A model generated the notes under the pieces. It saw nothing but the letters and a program-made list of their open reading frames with translations, was not told the DNA's origin and made no database searches. From contig OZ024742.1 in NCBI GenBank assembly GCA_964016885.1, positions 253,146,001 through 253,210,000 on the forward strand: DNA of 64,000 nt, in the 5' to 3' direction. Shown in pieces: positions 12,301-24,574 of the stretch. The DNA is from Eledone cirrhosa. Its lineage: Eukaryota. Position 1 is the first letter of the stretch. Each line of letters opens with the position of its first letter. Made by a program: the position numbers and the translations under genes.

Positions 12301-13368
12301 TCTGTGATGGCCATCTATACCATAACAGATGCAGGACAGCCCAATTTCTTTAGCAGCCTGAATCCTTCCTTGAAATATCTCACTGGAGGAATGGAGTGGC
12401 ATCTCAGACAGTTAAAAGGATTAGCGAGTAGAGGACAGCGGTGCAGAAGCCTCCAAAACCTTGACACATATTGTGTCTTATTGATTTTGCTTATGAATTA
12501 CATTAAAGATATCTGTTAATTCTTGAATTGGATATGCAGTAGTTGATGAAATAACTGAATGATCATCGCTGAAATTGATGGAGATCCATCATATTACAAA
12601 AAATTTATGGCGCCTACTGCATCACTTGACACAATTGTCATTTATGAAATCATTTCCTGCACCTAGATTTTTCTGTTTTTACCACAGATATCTGCAGCAT
12701 TAGTTTCTAATGAAAACAAGCTTGAACAGTAACCAATGAAGCATTGATTTCAATTCAATTCAAAATTATAATTTTTTTTTACCAATGTTTTCTAGCATGG
12801 CAATGAAAAAAATGTTTTTTTAAAATAACAAAAAGCATTTAGGGGAAATTTCCTATTATTTTTTCTACTTATCCATTCATATTGTACCTCTTGAACTAGA
12901 ATATTCTCAACAATATGACTCCTTATTCAAATCAGTCTGATGATGATGATCATCATCATCATCAACATCATCCTCACCACAGTTTTATATCTATTTTCTA
13001 TGTATGCATGGGTTAAATGGGTTGTCACGTTCTGAGGGTAGATAGGGCAGGTGACCACATTTAGCTCATATGTTCCATTCTGGCATGGTTTCCTCTGCTG
13101 GATGCTTTTCCTAATGCCAAACACTTCACAGTAGGTACTGGGAGCATTTTAATGTAGCACCAGTACAACCACTATTCAACACTAGGGTGCTTGTGTCCTC
13201 AGGCATGATGGGATGACTGGGTAGAGATAGGGAGTAAGGGGAAGAAAGGGGTAGGTTTCATGTTGCTTGCTGATATAAACACACACTAGAGTAAAGTATA
13301 TACACTATGCCTCTTGTTTCTATTATCATAATCATTATCATTGATATTAGTATTATTATTACATTTGC

Positions 13369-13420
13369 CTAGTTCTGTGTTTGAAGAAAAGCTTTGTATT
13401 GAAACAATTGTAAGAACTAG
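13369..13420 (+). ncRNA. Degenerate type I hammerhead-like motif
   Basis: ctagttct-gtgt-TTGAAGA..GAAA-caattg-TA-agaactag; stem I ctagttct/agaactag with 4 extra nt, palindromic stem III, weak stem II. Confidence 0.35.
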
Positions 13421-13767
13421 ACTACTTAAGAACTTCTTTCTGTCATCTTAATTTGTTTTATATATATATATATATACCATCATCATCATTATTTTAACAT
13501 CCACTTTCCCTGCTAGCAAGGGTTTATGGGTCTACATAGACCAAGTCAGTACTGAAGCAGTAGCTACTGATTTCCCAGACAGGCCAGGTCTCACTTATGT
13601 ATGATCGCACTTAAGGGAAGTTGTCATGTCTTTGACACAACTGAGGGTCCTTCCAACCCTTTGTTTGGCAAGCTATCTATGGCAGGATGCCCTTCCTATC
13701 ACCAATGATTGTAGTAGGTTTTTTTATCATGTAGATCACCAAATACTAGGGAGGCTGTCATGCCTTG

Positions 13768-13834
<67 letters not shown>

Positions 13835-13837
13835 GAT

Positions 13838-14175
13838 GGAGGAACATGGCTTAGTGGTTAGAGCATTGGCTTTGCAATCGAAAGGTTGTGAGTTCAATTC
13901 TCAGACCGGGTGATGTGTTGTTTCCTTGAGCAAGACACTTTTTTTCAGATTGGTCCAGTTTACTCAGCTGTAGAAATGAGATGATAGGGATTGGGGACCA
14001 TATCATTCCACTGCAAAGTGGTCGTGGAAGTGCCACAGCAAAAAAGCACCCAGCACCCAGCACTCACTGTAAATGAGGTTGGTGTTAGGAAGGGCATCCA
14101 GCTGTAGAAATCAAGCCAGAATCAGTTCCCATCCCACCCTTGCAAGCAGAGAAAAGCGGATGTAAAATGATGATA
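13838..14175 (+). mobile_element. SINE family B, full length
   Basis: catggcttagtggttagagc head, RTE-like tail, (gat)n; flanked by (TA)n. Confidence 0.9.
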
Positions 14176-14197
14176 TATATATATATATATATATATA

Positions 14198-17046
14198 TCA
14201 ATAAGACAATAGAGGTAGTTCGAGTTAGTAATCAAATAATTAAGCTTAGATTAGTTGTAGGTAGGAGACTACTGACAATCATCTCGGTCTATGCTTCCCA
14301 AGCAGGCTTAGGCAAAGATGAGAAAGACTGCTTTTATGAGCAACTTTTGCAAACAACCGCAATGACAGAGGACGGTGACATCGTTATGCTAGCAGGAGAC
14401 TTCAATGGTCATGTTGGACAGCTCCAGGATGGTTACACTGGGGTACATGGTGGGCACGGTTACGGTTCAAGAAATGAAGAAGGAGTGAGACTTCTTGAAT
14501 TTTGTGATGTGAGTACATTGACTATTTGCAACACAAACTTCCAGAAACCTGCCAATCACCTAATAACCTACAAATCTGGTGAGAACCTAAGCCAGATTGA
14601 CTTCTTGCTAGTTAGGCAGCGGGACAGGCAGATAGTGTCTAATACCAAGGCATACCTTGGGGAAGAATGTACCCCACAGCATAGGTTAGTTGTTAGTGAT
14701 ATCTCAGTAAGGAAGAGATGGAATGAGACATATAGGAAGGTGTGGAGAAGAAAGGTCTGGAAGCTAAAAGACCTTTCACTAAAATACAAATTTAGGAAAG
14801 CCCTTCAAGATGTATATGACGAAAAAGAAGACGATTTAGAGATGTATAACATAGATAATAACTGGAATTTCTGACGTGACAACTTGCTGCAAGCTACTGA
14901 TGAAACCTGTGGCTGGAGCAGAGCTCCAACCAGACAGAGAGTGGCCTGGTGGTGGAACAGCACAGTAGATAAGGCTATTAGAGACAAAAGACTAGCATGG
15001 AAGGCTTGGAAAAAGGGTGGGAGTAGGGAAGAATATACAGCCACTAAGAGAGAAGCTAGACGTCAGGTGTACTTAGCACGCAGGGAGGCAGAGAGTAGGA
15101 GGTTTGCCAATGTTCTGCGACGGGAAGATCAGAGGCGTGCGGTGTTCCACATTGCAAGGCAGTGTGTCAATGCAAATCAGGATGTTGTTGGAGATAAATG
15201 TGTCCGGGATGATGCCGGTGTACTTAGTGTCACGAATGATCAGAAAAAGGAGGCCTGGAAATGTCATTATGAGAGACTGATGAATGTGGAGAACGAATGG
15301 GAGAGAGAGAAATTACCCTTGGTAGATCCGACAGAGGGACCAGCTATTGAGATTGATGAATATAGGGTCCAAGAGGCGATTAGGGAAATGAAAAATGGTA
15401 AGGCGGCCGGACCATTGGGAATAGTTGCTGAGATGCTGAAGGCATCAGGGGACGTAGGCACTAAACTGGTTGCACGCATCATCAATCAGGCTATATATGG
15501 TGGTGTCATACCCAAAGACTGGTGCAGCAGTATTCTCATAAATTGCTACAAAGGTAAAGGGGATGCTTTGGAGAGGAGCAATTATAGGGGTATAAAACTG
15601 ATAGATCAGGTTATGAAAGTGGCAGAAAGGATTTTAGCACAACTAATTAGAGAAAGGGTCAAACTAGATGAGATGCAGTTTGGTTTTGTGCCTGGGAAGA
15701 GTACAACAGATGCCCTCTTCTTGGTGAGACAAATGCAAGAGAGGTTCTGAGAGAAGAATAAGCCACTATACTTAGCCTTTGTTGACCTAGAGAAGGCCTT
15801 TGATAGGGTACCCCGATCTGTCATCTGGTGGTCCCTAAGGAAGCTAGGTGTTGAGGAATGGCTTGTGAGGACAGTGCAAACTTTGTACAGAGGTACTCTC
15901 AGTAAAGTCAGGGTAGGAATGGAGTTTAGTGAGGAATTCCAGATACAAGTAGGAGTACATCAGGGTTTGGTCCTCAGCCCGCTCTTGTTCATTATAGTCC
16001 TCCAAGCCATAACAGAGGAGTTTAAGACTGGCTGTCCATGGGAACTTCTCTATGCTGACGATCTGGTTCTTATAGCAGAATCAGTAGAGGAGCTAGAGAA
16101 TAAATTCTGGCTATGGAAACAGCAGTTGGAAGCAAGAGGACTGAGAGTGAATCTAGCTAAGACAAAAGTGTTGATGAGTAGAAAAGAGGACAAAACCCTG
16201 ATTCCGTCAGGGAAATGGCCATGTTCGATATGCAGAAAAGGTACTGGCATAAATTCTATAAAATGCACACAATGCAGATCCTGGGTACACAAGAGATGTA
16301 GCGGGATAGCAGGCAAACTAACAGGTAGGGAGAAATATGTATGCAGTAAATGTACAGGGAAATTAGACAGTAGAAGTCGCACTGATAGACACATTTTTCA
16401 AATGCAAGAGGGCGCTATAGAAGTGGTGGATAGCTTTCGGTACCTAGGAGATCAGATTAGCATGGGAGGAGGGTGTTCTGAGGCCATAGTATCTAGAATA
16501 AGGACGGGTTGGAAGAAGTTTAGGGAGCTGCTTCCTCTGTTGACGAAGAAGGGTTTCTCCCTGCGTATGAAAGGCCGGTTGTATGATGCCTGTGTGAGGA
16601 GCGCGATGCTGCATGGTAGTGAGACATGGGCAGCAACTGCAGAGGATATGCGACGGCTGGAGAGAAATGAGGCAAGCATGCTCCGTTGGATGTGCAGTGT
16701 AAATGTGCGTGAACGACCCAGCATAAATGTGTTGAAAGAGAAACTGTGTCTGAGAGGGATAGAATGTAGTGTACGGGAAAGGAGACTGAGGTGGTATGGA
16801 CATGTGATGCGCATGGAGGATGACCGATGGGTGAAGAAGTGCCAGGAAATGCCAGTTGAAGGAAGACGTGGTAGAGGTAGACCACGAAAAACATGGGCGG
16901 AGGTGGTGAGAACAGACCTCAGATCATTGAAGCTCACGGTGGAGATGACGAGGGACCGTGACGAGTGGAGAGATGCTGTGCTGAATAAGACCCGTTTCAC
17001 CCTTGCAAGCAGGGAAAAGCGGACGTAAAATGATGATGATGATGAT
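14198..17046 (+). mobile_element. RTE-clade LINE (5'-truncated APE, RT, internal PHD finger), interrupted by single stops
   Basis: APE motifs GDFNGHVG, SQIDFLLV, QHRLVV; RT NYRGIKL, QFGFVPG, VDLEKAFD, QGLVLSPLLF, LLYADDL, FRYLG; C-terminal GRRGRGRPRKTW; (gat)n tail; ORFs 14140-14874, 14884-15750 and 15865-17028 share one frame. Confidence 0.95.
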
Positions 17047-17495
17047 ATATATATACATGGTTGTGATGGGGGAGAGGTCCATCATTTCATCACTAAAGGT
17101 TGGGGTCATGGTGGTGCCAAGCCTCCCTTGGTGGTCTAAAAGGAGGGTATTTATATACTGCTTGGGTCCTCTGGTTGTGTGTTGTCCATCATTTGGGTGT
17201 GTGCCAGGCTTTCCTTGGATGAGAAAGTGTTGGGAGTGCAAGGAATCAGCAGAGTATGGTGAAATAGATAGTGTAGTGAAAATATTATTTTGTAATATAG
17301 TCCCAACACAGTTCCATTGAGTTACAGTGACCAGGTCATAAACTATGTAATGAAAATATTATTTTGACACCAACAAACAAATGAGAAATGTAAAGCGAAT
17401 TTAACAATAGATTTTGTGAGTTTTTGAAGAGCTAAAATAACTCTTCCACAATGTAATTGCTTTAGTTTCATATACATATATAAATGTGTGTATGT

Positions 17496-17532
<37 letters not shown>

Positions 17533-17552
17533 ATATTTATACATATATATAA

Positions 17553-17598
<46 letters not shown>

Positions 17599-17714
17599 CA
17601 CACACACACATACATACACATATATACAATATTTTATATATATATACATATATACAGATATAATATTCCATATATATATACGTACATATATATATAACAC
17701 ACACACATATATAT

Positions 17715-17887
17715 CAGTAGAGGGTCGGACGCCATGCTTTGACGCAAAGAATTACGTCCCTTTCCATTCTGAGTTCAAATCCTGCCGAGGTTAACTTTGC
17801 CTTTCATCCTTATGGGGTTGATAAAATAAAGTACCAGTAATACACTGGGTATTTGCTGGCCTTGTGCCAAAAGTAGAAACAATTATT
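17715..17887 (+). mobile_element. SINE family A
   Basis: Same B box, central domain and tail. Confidence 0.9.
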
Positions 17888-18356
17888 TCTTTTTATTCTT
17901 GAAACTATGGTAGAGAGACAATCATTGAGACGTCTAATAGAGACAAATAATTTTTTAATTGATAAATATATATATAGTTAAGCATAGGGTTAAAGTTCCA
18001 TACAAATCAAAGATAATGCAATAAAAATAAGTGGAAATGATCAGAAGTGTATTTAAAGAATCTTTTTACTTTAATAAAAAAAAAACCTCAAATATTTCTA
18101 TAATTTTTACATCAAGTAGATTCAAGCTTCATCAAATATTTTTACCAGTTTTGATTAATTACAACAAAGTTTTCTAATAATAATAAATTTAACAAATTCA
18201 TTTCTCATATTTTGTAAATTTTTAAACATTTGATTATTTTCTATCTGAAGCGCCTCCTTATATATATTTTTGTGCAGATGGGCTGGTGGGGGTGGATGTA
18301 GAGTTCAAATGTTCTGGATTCAATTTGATTCAATAGAAATTTCTAGAGTTTATTCT

Positions 18357-19480
18357 CATCATCATCATCATCATCATTTTACGTCTACTTTTCCCTGCTT
18401 TCAAGGGTGGGATGGGTCCTCTTCAGCACAGCATCTCTCCATTCATCACGGTCTCTCGTCATTTACTCTGTGAGCTTCAGCGACCTGAGATCAGTTCTCA
18501 CCATGTTTTTCGTGGTCTTCCTCTACTGCATCTTCCTTCCCCTGGGATTTCTTGGCACTTCTTCACCCAGCAGTCATCTTCCATGTGCATCACATGGCCA
18601 TACCAACACAGTTTTCTCTCCCACACACTACAGTTTATCTCTCTCTCTCTTATACACAGTTTCACTCTCAATTCGTCCATGCTTGGTCATTTACGCACAT
18701 TGATATTGCACATCCATCGGAGCATGCTTGCTTCATTTCTCTCCAGCTTTTGCATATTCTCCGCAGTTGCTTCCCATGTCTCACTACCATGCAGCGTTGT
18801 GCATCTCATACATGCATCATGCAACCGACCTTCCGTTCATAAGGAGAAACCCTTTGTTGTCAACAGAGGAAGCCACTCCCTAAACTTCTTCCATCCTGTC
18901 CTTATTCTAGATACTATGGCCTTGGAGCATCCTTCTCCTTTGCTAATCTGATCACCTAGATGTCGGAAACTATCAACCACCTCTATAGATCCTGCCTATA
19001 TTTGAAAAATGTGCCTATCGCTGACACTTCTATCAATTTTTCCCGAACATCTACTACATATGAAGTTTTTCCGTCCTGTTAGTTTGCCTGCTATTTACGC
19101 CAACTCCTTTTCTACATATTGGGCATAACCATTTCCCTGATGGAATCAGAGTCTTGTCCTCTTTCCAACTTATCAACACTTCAGTCTTTGCTAGGTTCAC
19201 TCTCAGTCCTCTTGATTCCAACTGCTGTTTCCATAGCTAGAATTTATTCTCTAGCTCCTCTACTGATTCTGCTATAAGTACTAGATCATCAGCATAGAGA
19301 ATTTCCCATGGGCAGCCAGTCTTAAATTCCTCTGTTATGGCTTGGAGAACTATAATGAATAGGAGCAGGGTGAGGACTGAACCCTGTTGAACTCCTACTT
19401 GTATCTGGAATTCCTCACTAAACTCCATTCCTACTCTCACTTTATTGACAGCTCCTCTGCATAGCTTACACTGTTCTCAC
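18357..19480 (-). mobile_element. 5'-truncated copy of the PHD-RTE LINE family
   Basis: RVGMEFSEEFQIQVGVQQGSVL..GCPWEILYADDLVL, GRPRKTW and the same tail as 14198-17046. Confidence 0.9.
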
Positions 19481-20049
19481 AAGCTATTCCTCTACACCTT
19501 CTTTCCTAAAATAGAAATACAAATAACAGTAAAGATCTGTGGCATGATGTATGCATGGGAGGGTTTTTCTGCAAGTGTGCAAGTTCAATTGAGACAAAAG
19601 TTCAAGATTTCATTCATGTTTTGTTCTGGTTGTTGGTGCTATAACAAGAGAAAATAACAATAACAATAAAAATGAAGATAATGTTAAAAAGTCCTTTGGT
19701 GTGAGCGTATGTGTTCCTGTATGGGGTGGGGTGGTGGTTTACAGTTGTCAAAAAAAATTTTCTGGAAATTTCACTAAAATCTGAAAGTAAGGAAAAAATC
19801 CGTTAATGAAATTCAAATTTCTAATTGTGAATTTTGTATATTTTTTATCCTGTCTATATCAATAAGTTATTCTGGAAATGTGATGACTTTTTCTTTTCTG
19901 CTGTGGTGTAAGCATATTTGTATGTGTATGTGTGCCTGTGTGAGGTTGTGCACACATAGAAATATGGGTATTTTATATTTAGAGTCAGCCAATTTTGTTG
20001 TTCTTATCTATTGTTTATTATGTAATATCTAATGGATAACAATTATATG

Positions 20050-21070
20050 TTTAAAGCATGGCTTGTATTTTTTTAATAAAATGCTTTTTTATTGATTTGT
20101 TGTCATTTTGTAATTGAATCTGAGCATTTGTAAATGGGGAATACTTTAAAATTAGTAAGATCATTCCCACACATGTAGTAATGTGACTACTTAAGGGGAT
20201 TTGTTTTGTGTTTTTATGGATTTGTTGGCAATGTATGGTAATTCTCTTGTATAATGACAATCCCATCTGTCCTATCTAATTTCCAGACATCCATGGCATG
20301 TTATCTCATAAATTAAGTTCTCAGCATTGCATGTGAAATTTTCTTTTCTCTGAAGATTTCTCTTTAAATTTTAACTCTGGTCCTTCAATTAGGTATTAGT
20401 AGGTATCACAATTTGATCTTCAACGTTTTGTAATAGTGGGGGTGGGAGTTTCTTTATAGGTTTTTTTACTGTAGTAAGTATATCTTTTAGTGTTTGGGGC
20501 TGTCTTTTACTTTTGATGATTTATAATTTTTTCTATTTTTTTTTCATTTATTGATCTTCATATAAAATGTGGAGGTGGTCAAATATTTCGACATTTCTGA
20601 GGTTAAAAGTGAATGTTTATGGTAAAACTATTTTCTTGTTTTTCTTAGTTCCTGAATATCAATATATTTTGTCCTTTCTAATCCATTGGTGAATAAATCA
20701 AGCTGGAAGATTCCTTGAATGAGCATATCTTTCAATTCGTTCAGTCTTTGATCATGTTTTGTGGGTCTGTTACATATTCATTTAGCTAGGGGAAGAGGAA
20801 TGTTCATTTTAGTATGTTTAGGATAGTTCGATATAAAGTGAAGGTACTGTTTGGTGTCTGTAGGTTTTATAAAAAATGTCTGTTTTTATTCTCCTATCAG
20901 TTTGTATGATTGAAATACTCCCAAATGTAATTACTTGTGGTTAAAATCATCCATTGTGAATTGAATGTTATTTATTAAATTCTGAATCAGATTTTTGAAT
21001 TCTGTCAATTTGTCAAAGATTTCTTGCCATGAGATAAAGTAATCATCCAATTATCTTTTCCTGCTCTTTT
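20050..21070 (-). mobile_element. Decayed Penelope-like element (RT end plus GIY-YIG endonuclease)
   Basis: Minus translation: R*LDDYFISW (~21030-21060), YKPTDTKQYLHFISNYPKHTKMNIPLPLA (~20785-20870), FTCNAENLIYEITCHGC..IGQMGLSLYKRITIH (~20235-20340). Confidence 0.8.
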
Positions 21071-21509
21071 TTTTAGATATATGTAGGGATTACTTGTATG
21101 TTTTAATTGCTGCAATTTTAAAACATAGGATTCATTTTGAGTAACTGTATTAAAAAAGAAAATACAGCACAAACTGCCACAAACAAATAAATCATTTCAC
21201 TACACAAATAAGGAAAAGAAAGGAGCTGATTGTCAGATGAGACAAAAGAAAACTAAGTTTCTATTGATTTTTCCATTGCTGATACTATCTTCCATTTGCA
21301 AATCCTAGCTGAAAAAAGGAGCCAATTATCTGATGGCAGGAGGCAGGATTTTAACTCTGTATGTACACACAGCCAGACAAAATATCACAAATCATTCTAT
21401 CTGATACTTTAACAGTTCTGCCAATCCATCATTTGTAAACTCATACTTTGTTTATCAACTTTAAAAGAATGAAAAGCAAAACTGATCCCACATGTAATAA
21501 ATATAATCC

Positions 21510-21905
21510 CAACAAGATCTGGTGAAGTAAAAAACCTTTGATTGGTACCAAAATGAGATTTTACAACAGCAATGTATTTTCAACATTCCTGTTTGGGTAT
21601 GAAATGTGGAGTGTGAAGACCAGCCAAGAGAACCAATTAGATGCTTTTGACACCAAATGCTTATGCAAAATCCTTGGCATCAGGTGGGATGACATCATCA
21701 CCAACAAAGAAGTCCGTCAACGAACCCACTAACATTGTGTGTCTAATATCATGTGCAAGAATCAACTTGGCTGGTTGTGATACGTCATCCAAAAACTGAG
21801 TGAGAGACATGCTAATCAGGTCCTGTATTGGTACCCTCATAGAAAGAGGGTGAAGAGGATATCCCAAGATGAATTTGTGGCAGACAATCGGCAGAGACCT
21901 GAAAA
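21510..21905 (+). pseudogene. Old RTE-clade LINE 3' fragment
   Basis: TKMRFYNSNVFSTFLFGYEMW..LDAFDTKCLCKILGIRWDDIITNKEV. Confidence 0.8.
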
Positions 21906-23352
21906 CTGTTATAATAATGTGTCACACCTGTTTATATATCTGTACAAATGAAGGTAAAACTCAAGTATTCACCAGACATAATTTCAAACTACCAATGAGA
22001 TCACTACAATGAGATTCTACAATCTACTGACAGTTCATTTCAGTTATTATTTATCGACATTTCGCCTAGTCCACTTTTAGTTATGAGGGGTTTTCCCCTA
22101 CAACAAAAATGGTCAACAAAATTTGGAATAATGTATTGATAGATGCAACTGTTCATGATCATTGGAGCACTTTGGCTATCTTGTGCATCTCAAGATGCAA
22201 AAGCTTCTAAGTCTATGTCCCAGACTAAGTCAAAACAATATTATCAAAAGGTATCTCAATTCATAACTTTTCAAATTTCATCATGCATCAATGAACGAAT
22301 ATTTGTGTGTATGTTTAGAAGGACATACTATTAAGTAACATTTTGTATCAACAATGTATTTCCTTATAGAAGACATTACAAACTTCTAGGTAACTTTCAT
22401 AAATGTTAAAAGTTTTGAAATTGTTCTATATAAGTTGGAGTATCAAAGGTTGATAGTGGTTGTTGTGTTGAAATATCGGAAATATATAGCCATTTCTTTA
22501 ACAGTGAATCATGTAACAACAAAAGAGATAGCATTAATATTTTAGTATAATTAAATGAAAGTTCATACAAGTTAAACCGGGCAGTGACATATTGAAAGCT
22601 GTCAAATACAGAAAAGTCCATGCTCTCTTCTTAAATATGCTAACAATGAAAAGGTAGAGAAAACAAAAACTTTCAACAGACAACTTCAAATTGATTACTA
22701 GAACATTCATAGGGTGTATGGCCTTTGTAAAAACCTCAGGTGGATGTTACCTCATAATCAAAGCAGACATGATTTAACACATATTATTGCATAGAATAGT
22801 GAGGGAATACTTTGAAAGAGCAAGTTCAACTCAAAGAGTTCGTTCTTGTGGATGTCCATCTTGGTCCCAACTGCAGTAATTAAGAAGGTGGTTTAGGAGT
22901 GGAAGACACCAAATATTTCCACTTCCGTAAATTCAATAATAAACTTATTAGAGAGTGACCTGTACTTTGACATATGCTTGTTCTACAAGTTACAATCAGT
23001 CACAAAATATCATCATCATCATCATCATCATCATCGTCGTCATTGCTTTAACTTCTGCTTTTCCTGCCAGCAAGTGTTGTATAGGTTTACATAGACCATG
23101 TCAGTACTGAAGCAGGGCTACTGATCTTCGAGACAGGTCAAGGATCTGTGTCTTGATTATGTGCAGTCTCACATTCTATCCAGTACACAGGAGAGGTTCT
23201 CATGACTTTGACAAACATTCTATGGCTGGATGCTTTTCCTGTCACCTGCCCTTCTTATCACTTATCTTTGCTAATTACCTGATAATCAGATGGACATCAT
23301 AAATTCTCTGTTATGTCAGTTGTCTTTTTTCCACTGTAGCCTGTTATACAAA

Positions 23353-23640
23353 GACATGGCTGAGTGGTTAAGAATTTTGCTTTGCAATCATAAAATCTCA
23401 GATTTGATCACAGCATGGTATCTTGGATAGGTGTCTTCACCATAGCCTCAGTCCAAGTATTGTATGTGAAATTCAGTAAGTAGCAACTGTGTAGATGTTG
23501 TGCCACACTAATTCTGCTTAAGAATTACACAAACAGTAAATGTGCCTGTGGAATACTCAACCACTTACACATTATTTAAACAAGTGAATGCTCATCATCG
23601 AAATGTATGGAAGACCCATCACTATTGCCAGGCACAAATT
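23353..23640 (+). mobile_element. Degenerate tRNA-derived SINE
   Basis: gacatggctgagtggttaaga A-box head with decayed body. Confidence 0.5.
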
Positions 23641-23717
23641 GATTAATTCAATATTGACTGAAAATAAAACAATCATTAGTTGTTACGAATGGCTTTTTTT
23701 CCTTACCTTTATCATTC

Positions 23718-23872
23718 TGTCACCTTGGTATAGCTTTCTTTATATATGTCACTTGTCACCTTGATATAGCTTTCTTTATATAAGTCACTTTGTCACTTTG
23801 GTATGGCTTTCTTTATATATGTCACTTTGTCACCTTGGTATGGCTTTCTTACTTTACATTTGTCATCTTGGT
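23718..23872. repeat. Minisatellite, ~35-bp unit (tgtcaccttggtatagctttctttatatatgtcact), ~4 copies
   Basis: Direct tandem copies visible. Confidence 0.85.
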
Positions 23873-24459
23873 TTATTCTCAAGGAAATACCAACCCTATG
23901 TACAGGGCTGTATCATTCATAAGGTTGACTAACATGCTCGTCTCAGATTAGTAATGATAAACTTAGGAAAATTAACAAAGAGAGGACTAGAAAACAAATG
24001 AAAACCCAAACAATTCCCCAAATAATTTTTTATGGGGAAACCTTAAGAAATTATTTTTTTGAAAATTAATTAATTAATAAGTGTTATTAAATTGATAAGC
24101 CCTAATTTTACTCCGTAATGTTTATTCAAGTCAAAATACGAGTATTAAATATAACAGCCAAACTAAAAACTACATAGTTGATGCATTACTAATAATTTTT
24201 TAATCTCTACATCTAGTCTTCCATAACTTTTAAGATTTTTCGGACTATTGTAAAGTTTGTTTATGTTTTTATGAATTATTTCGTGTTTGGAGACATTCGG
24301 ACATGTGGTTGGTAAAAAATATGTAATGATTCTGATGAATTCAATACAGAGGAATAAAATGCAACTTCCTTATGTATTTGAATGAAATGCATATATATCA
24401 ACTAAAAAGTGTATTAAAACATGGTTATTATTTATTCATTATATATATATATATATATA

Positions 24460-24574
24460 GGAAAAAGTATGACTCCGACGGCAGAGCTCAAGCCGTTTCG
24501 ATGGCTATTTCTGGACTAAATTAGAATGTTTAGCCTGGTGAATAAATAGCCGAACTTGTCAAGGGGGTACTTCC
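24460..24574 (-). ncRNA. Type I hammerhead ribozyme, U3-A8 core variant, in the inverted pLTR
   Basis: Minus: ggaagtaccccc-TTGACAA-..ggctattt...aaatagcc..-GAAA-cggc ttgagctct gccg-TC-ggagtcatactttttcc. Confidence 0.7.

Larger units (their letters stand above)
7765..12760 (-). pseudogene. Discontinuous decayed coding pieces (7765-8210, 9640-10435, 11285-11530, 12300-12760), possibly an endogenous bunyavirus-like L polymerase
   Basis: Manual minus-strand translation gives protein-like frames with stops and frameshifts, in the order RRHKFF, HAGLR(YF), LSFHG, IAKG, LKENQ..IFFV; see findings. Confidence 0.3.

Noticed and set aside
13845-13910. Possible tRNA gene
   Set aside because: It has A and B boxes but continues into the SINE B body and recurs with it; a SINE head, not a cloverleaf gene.
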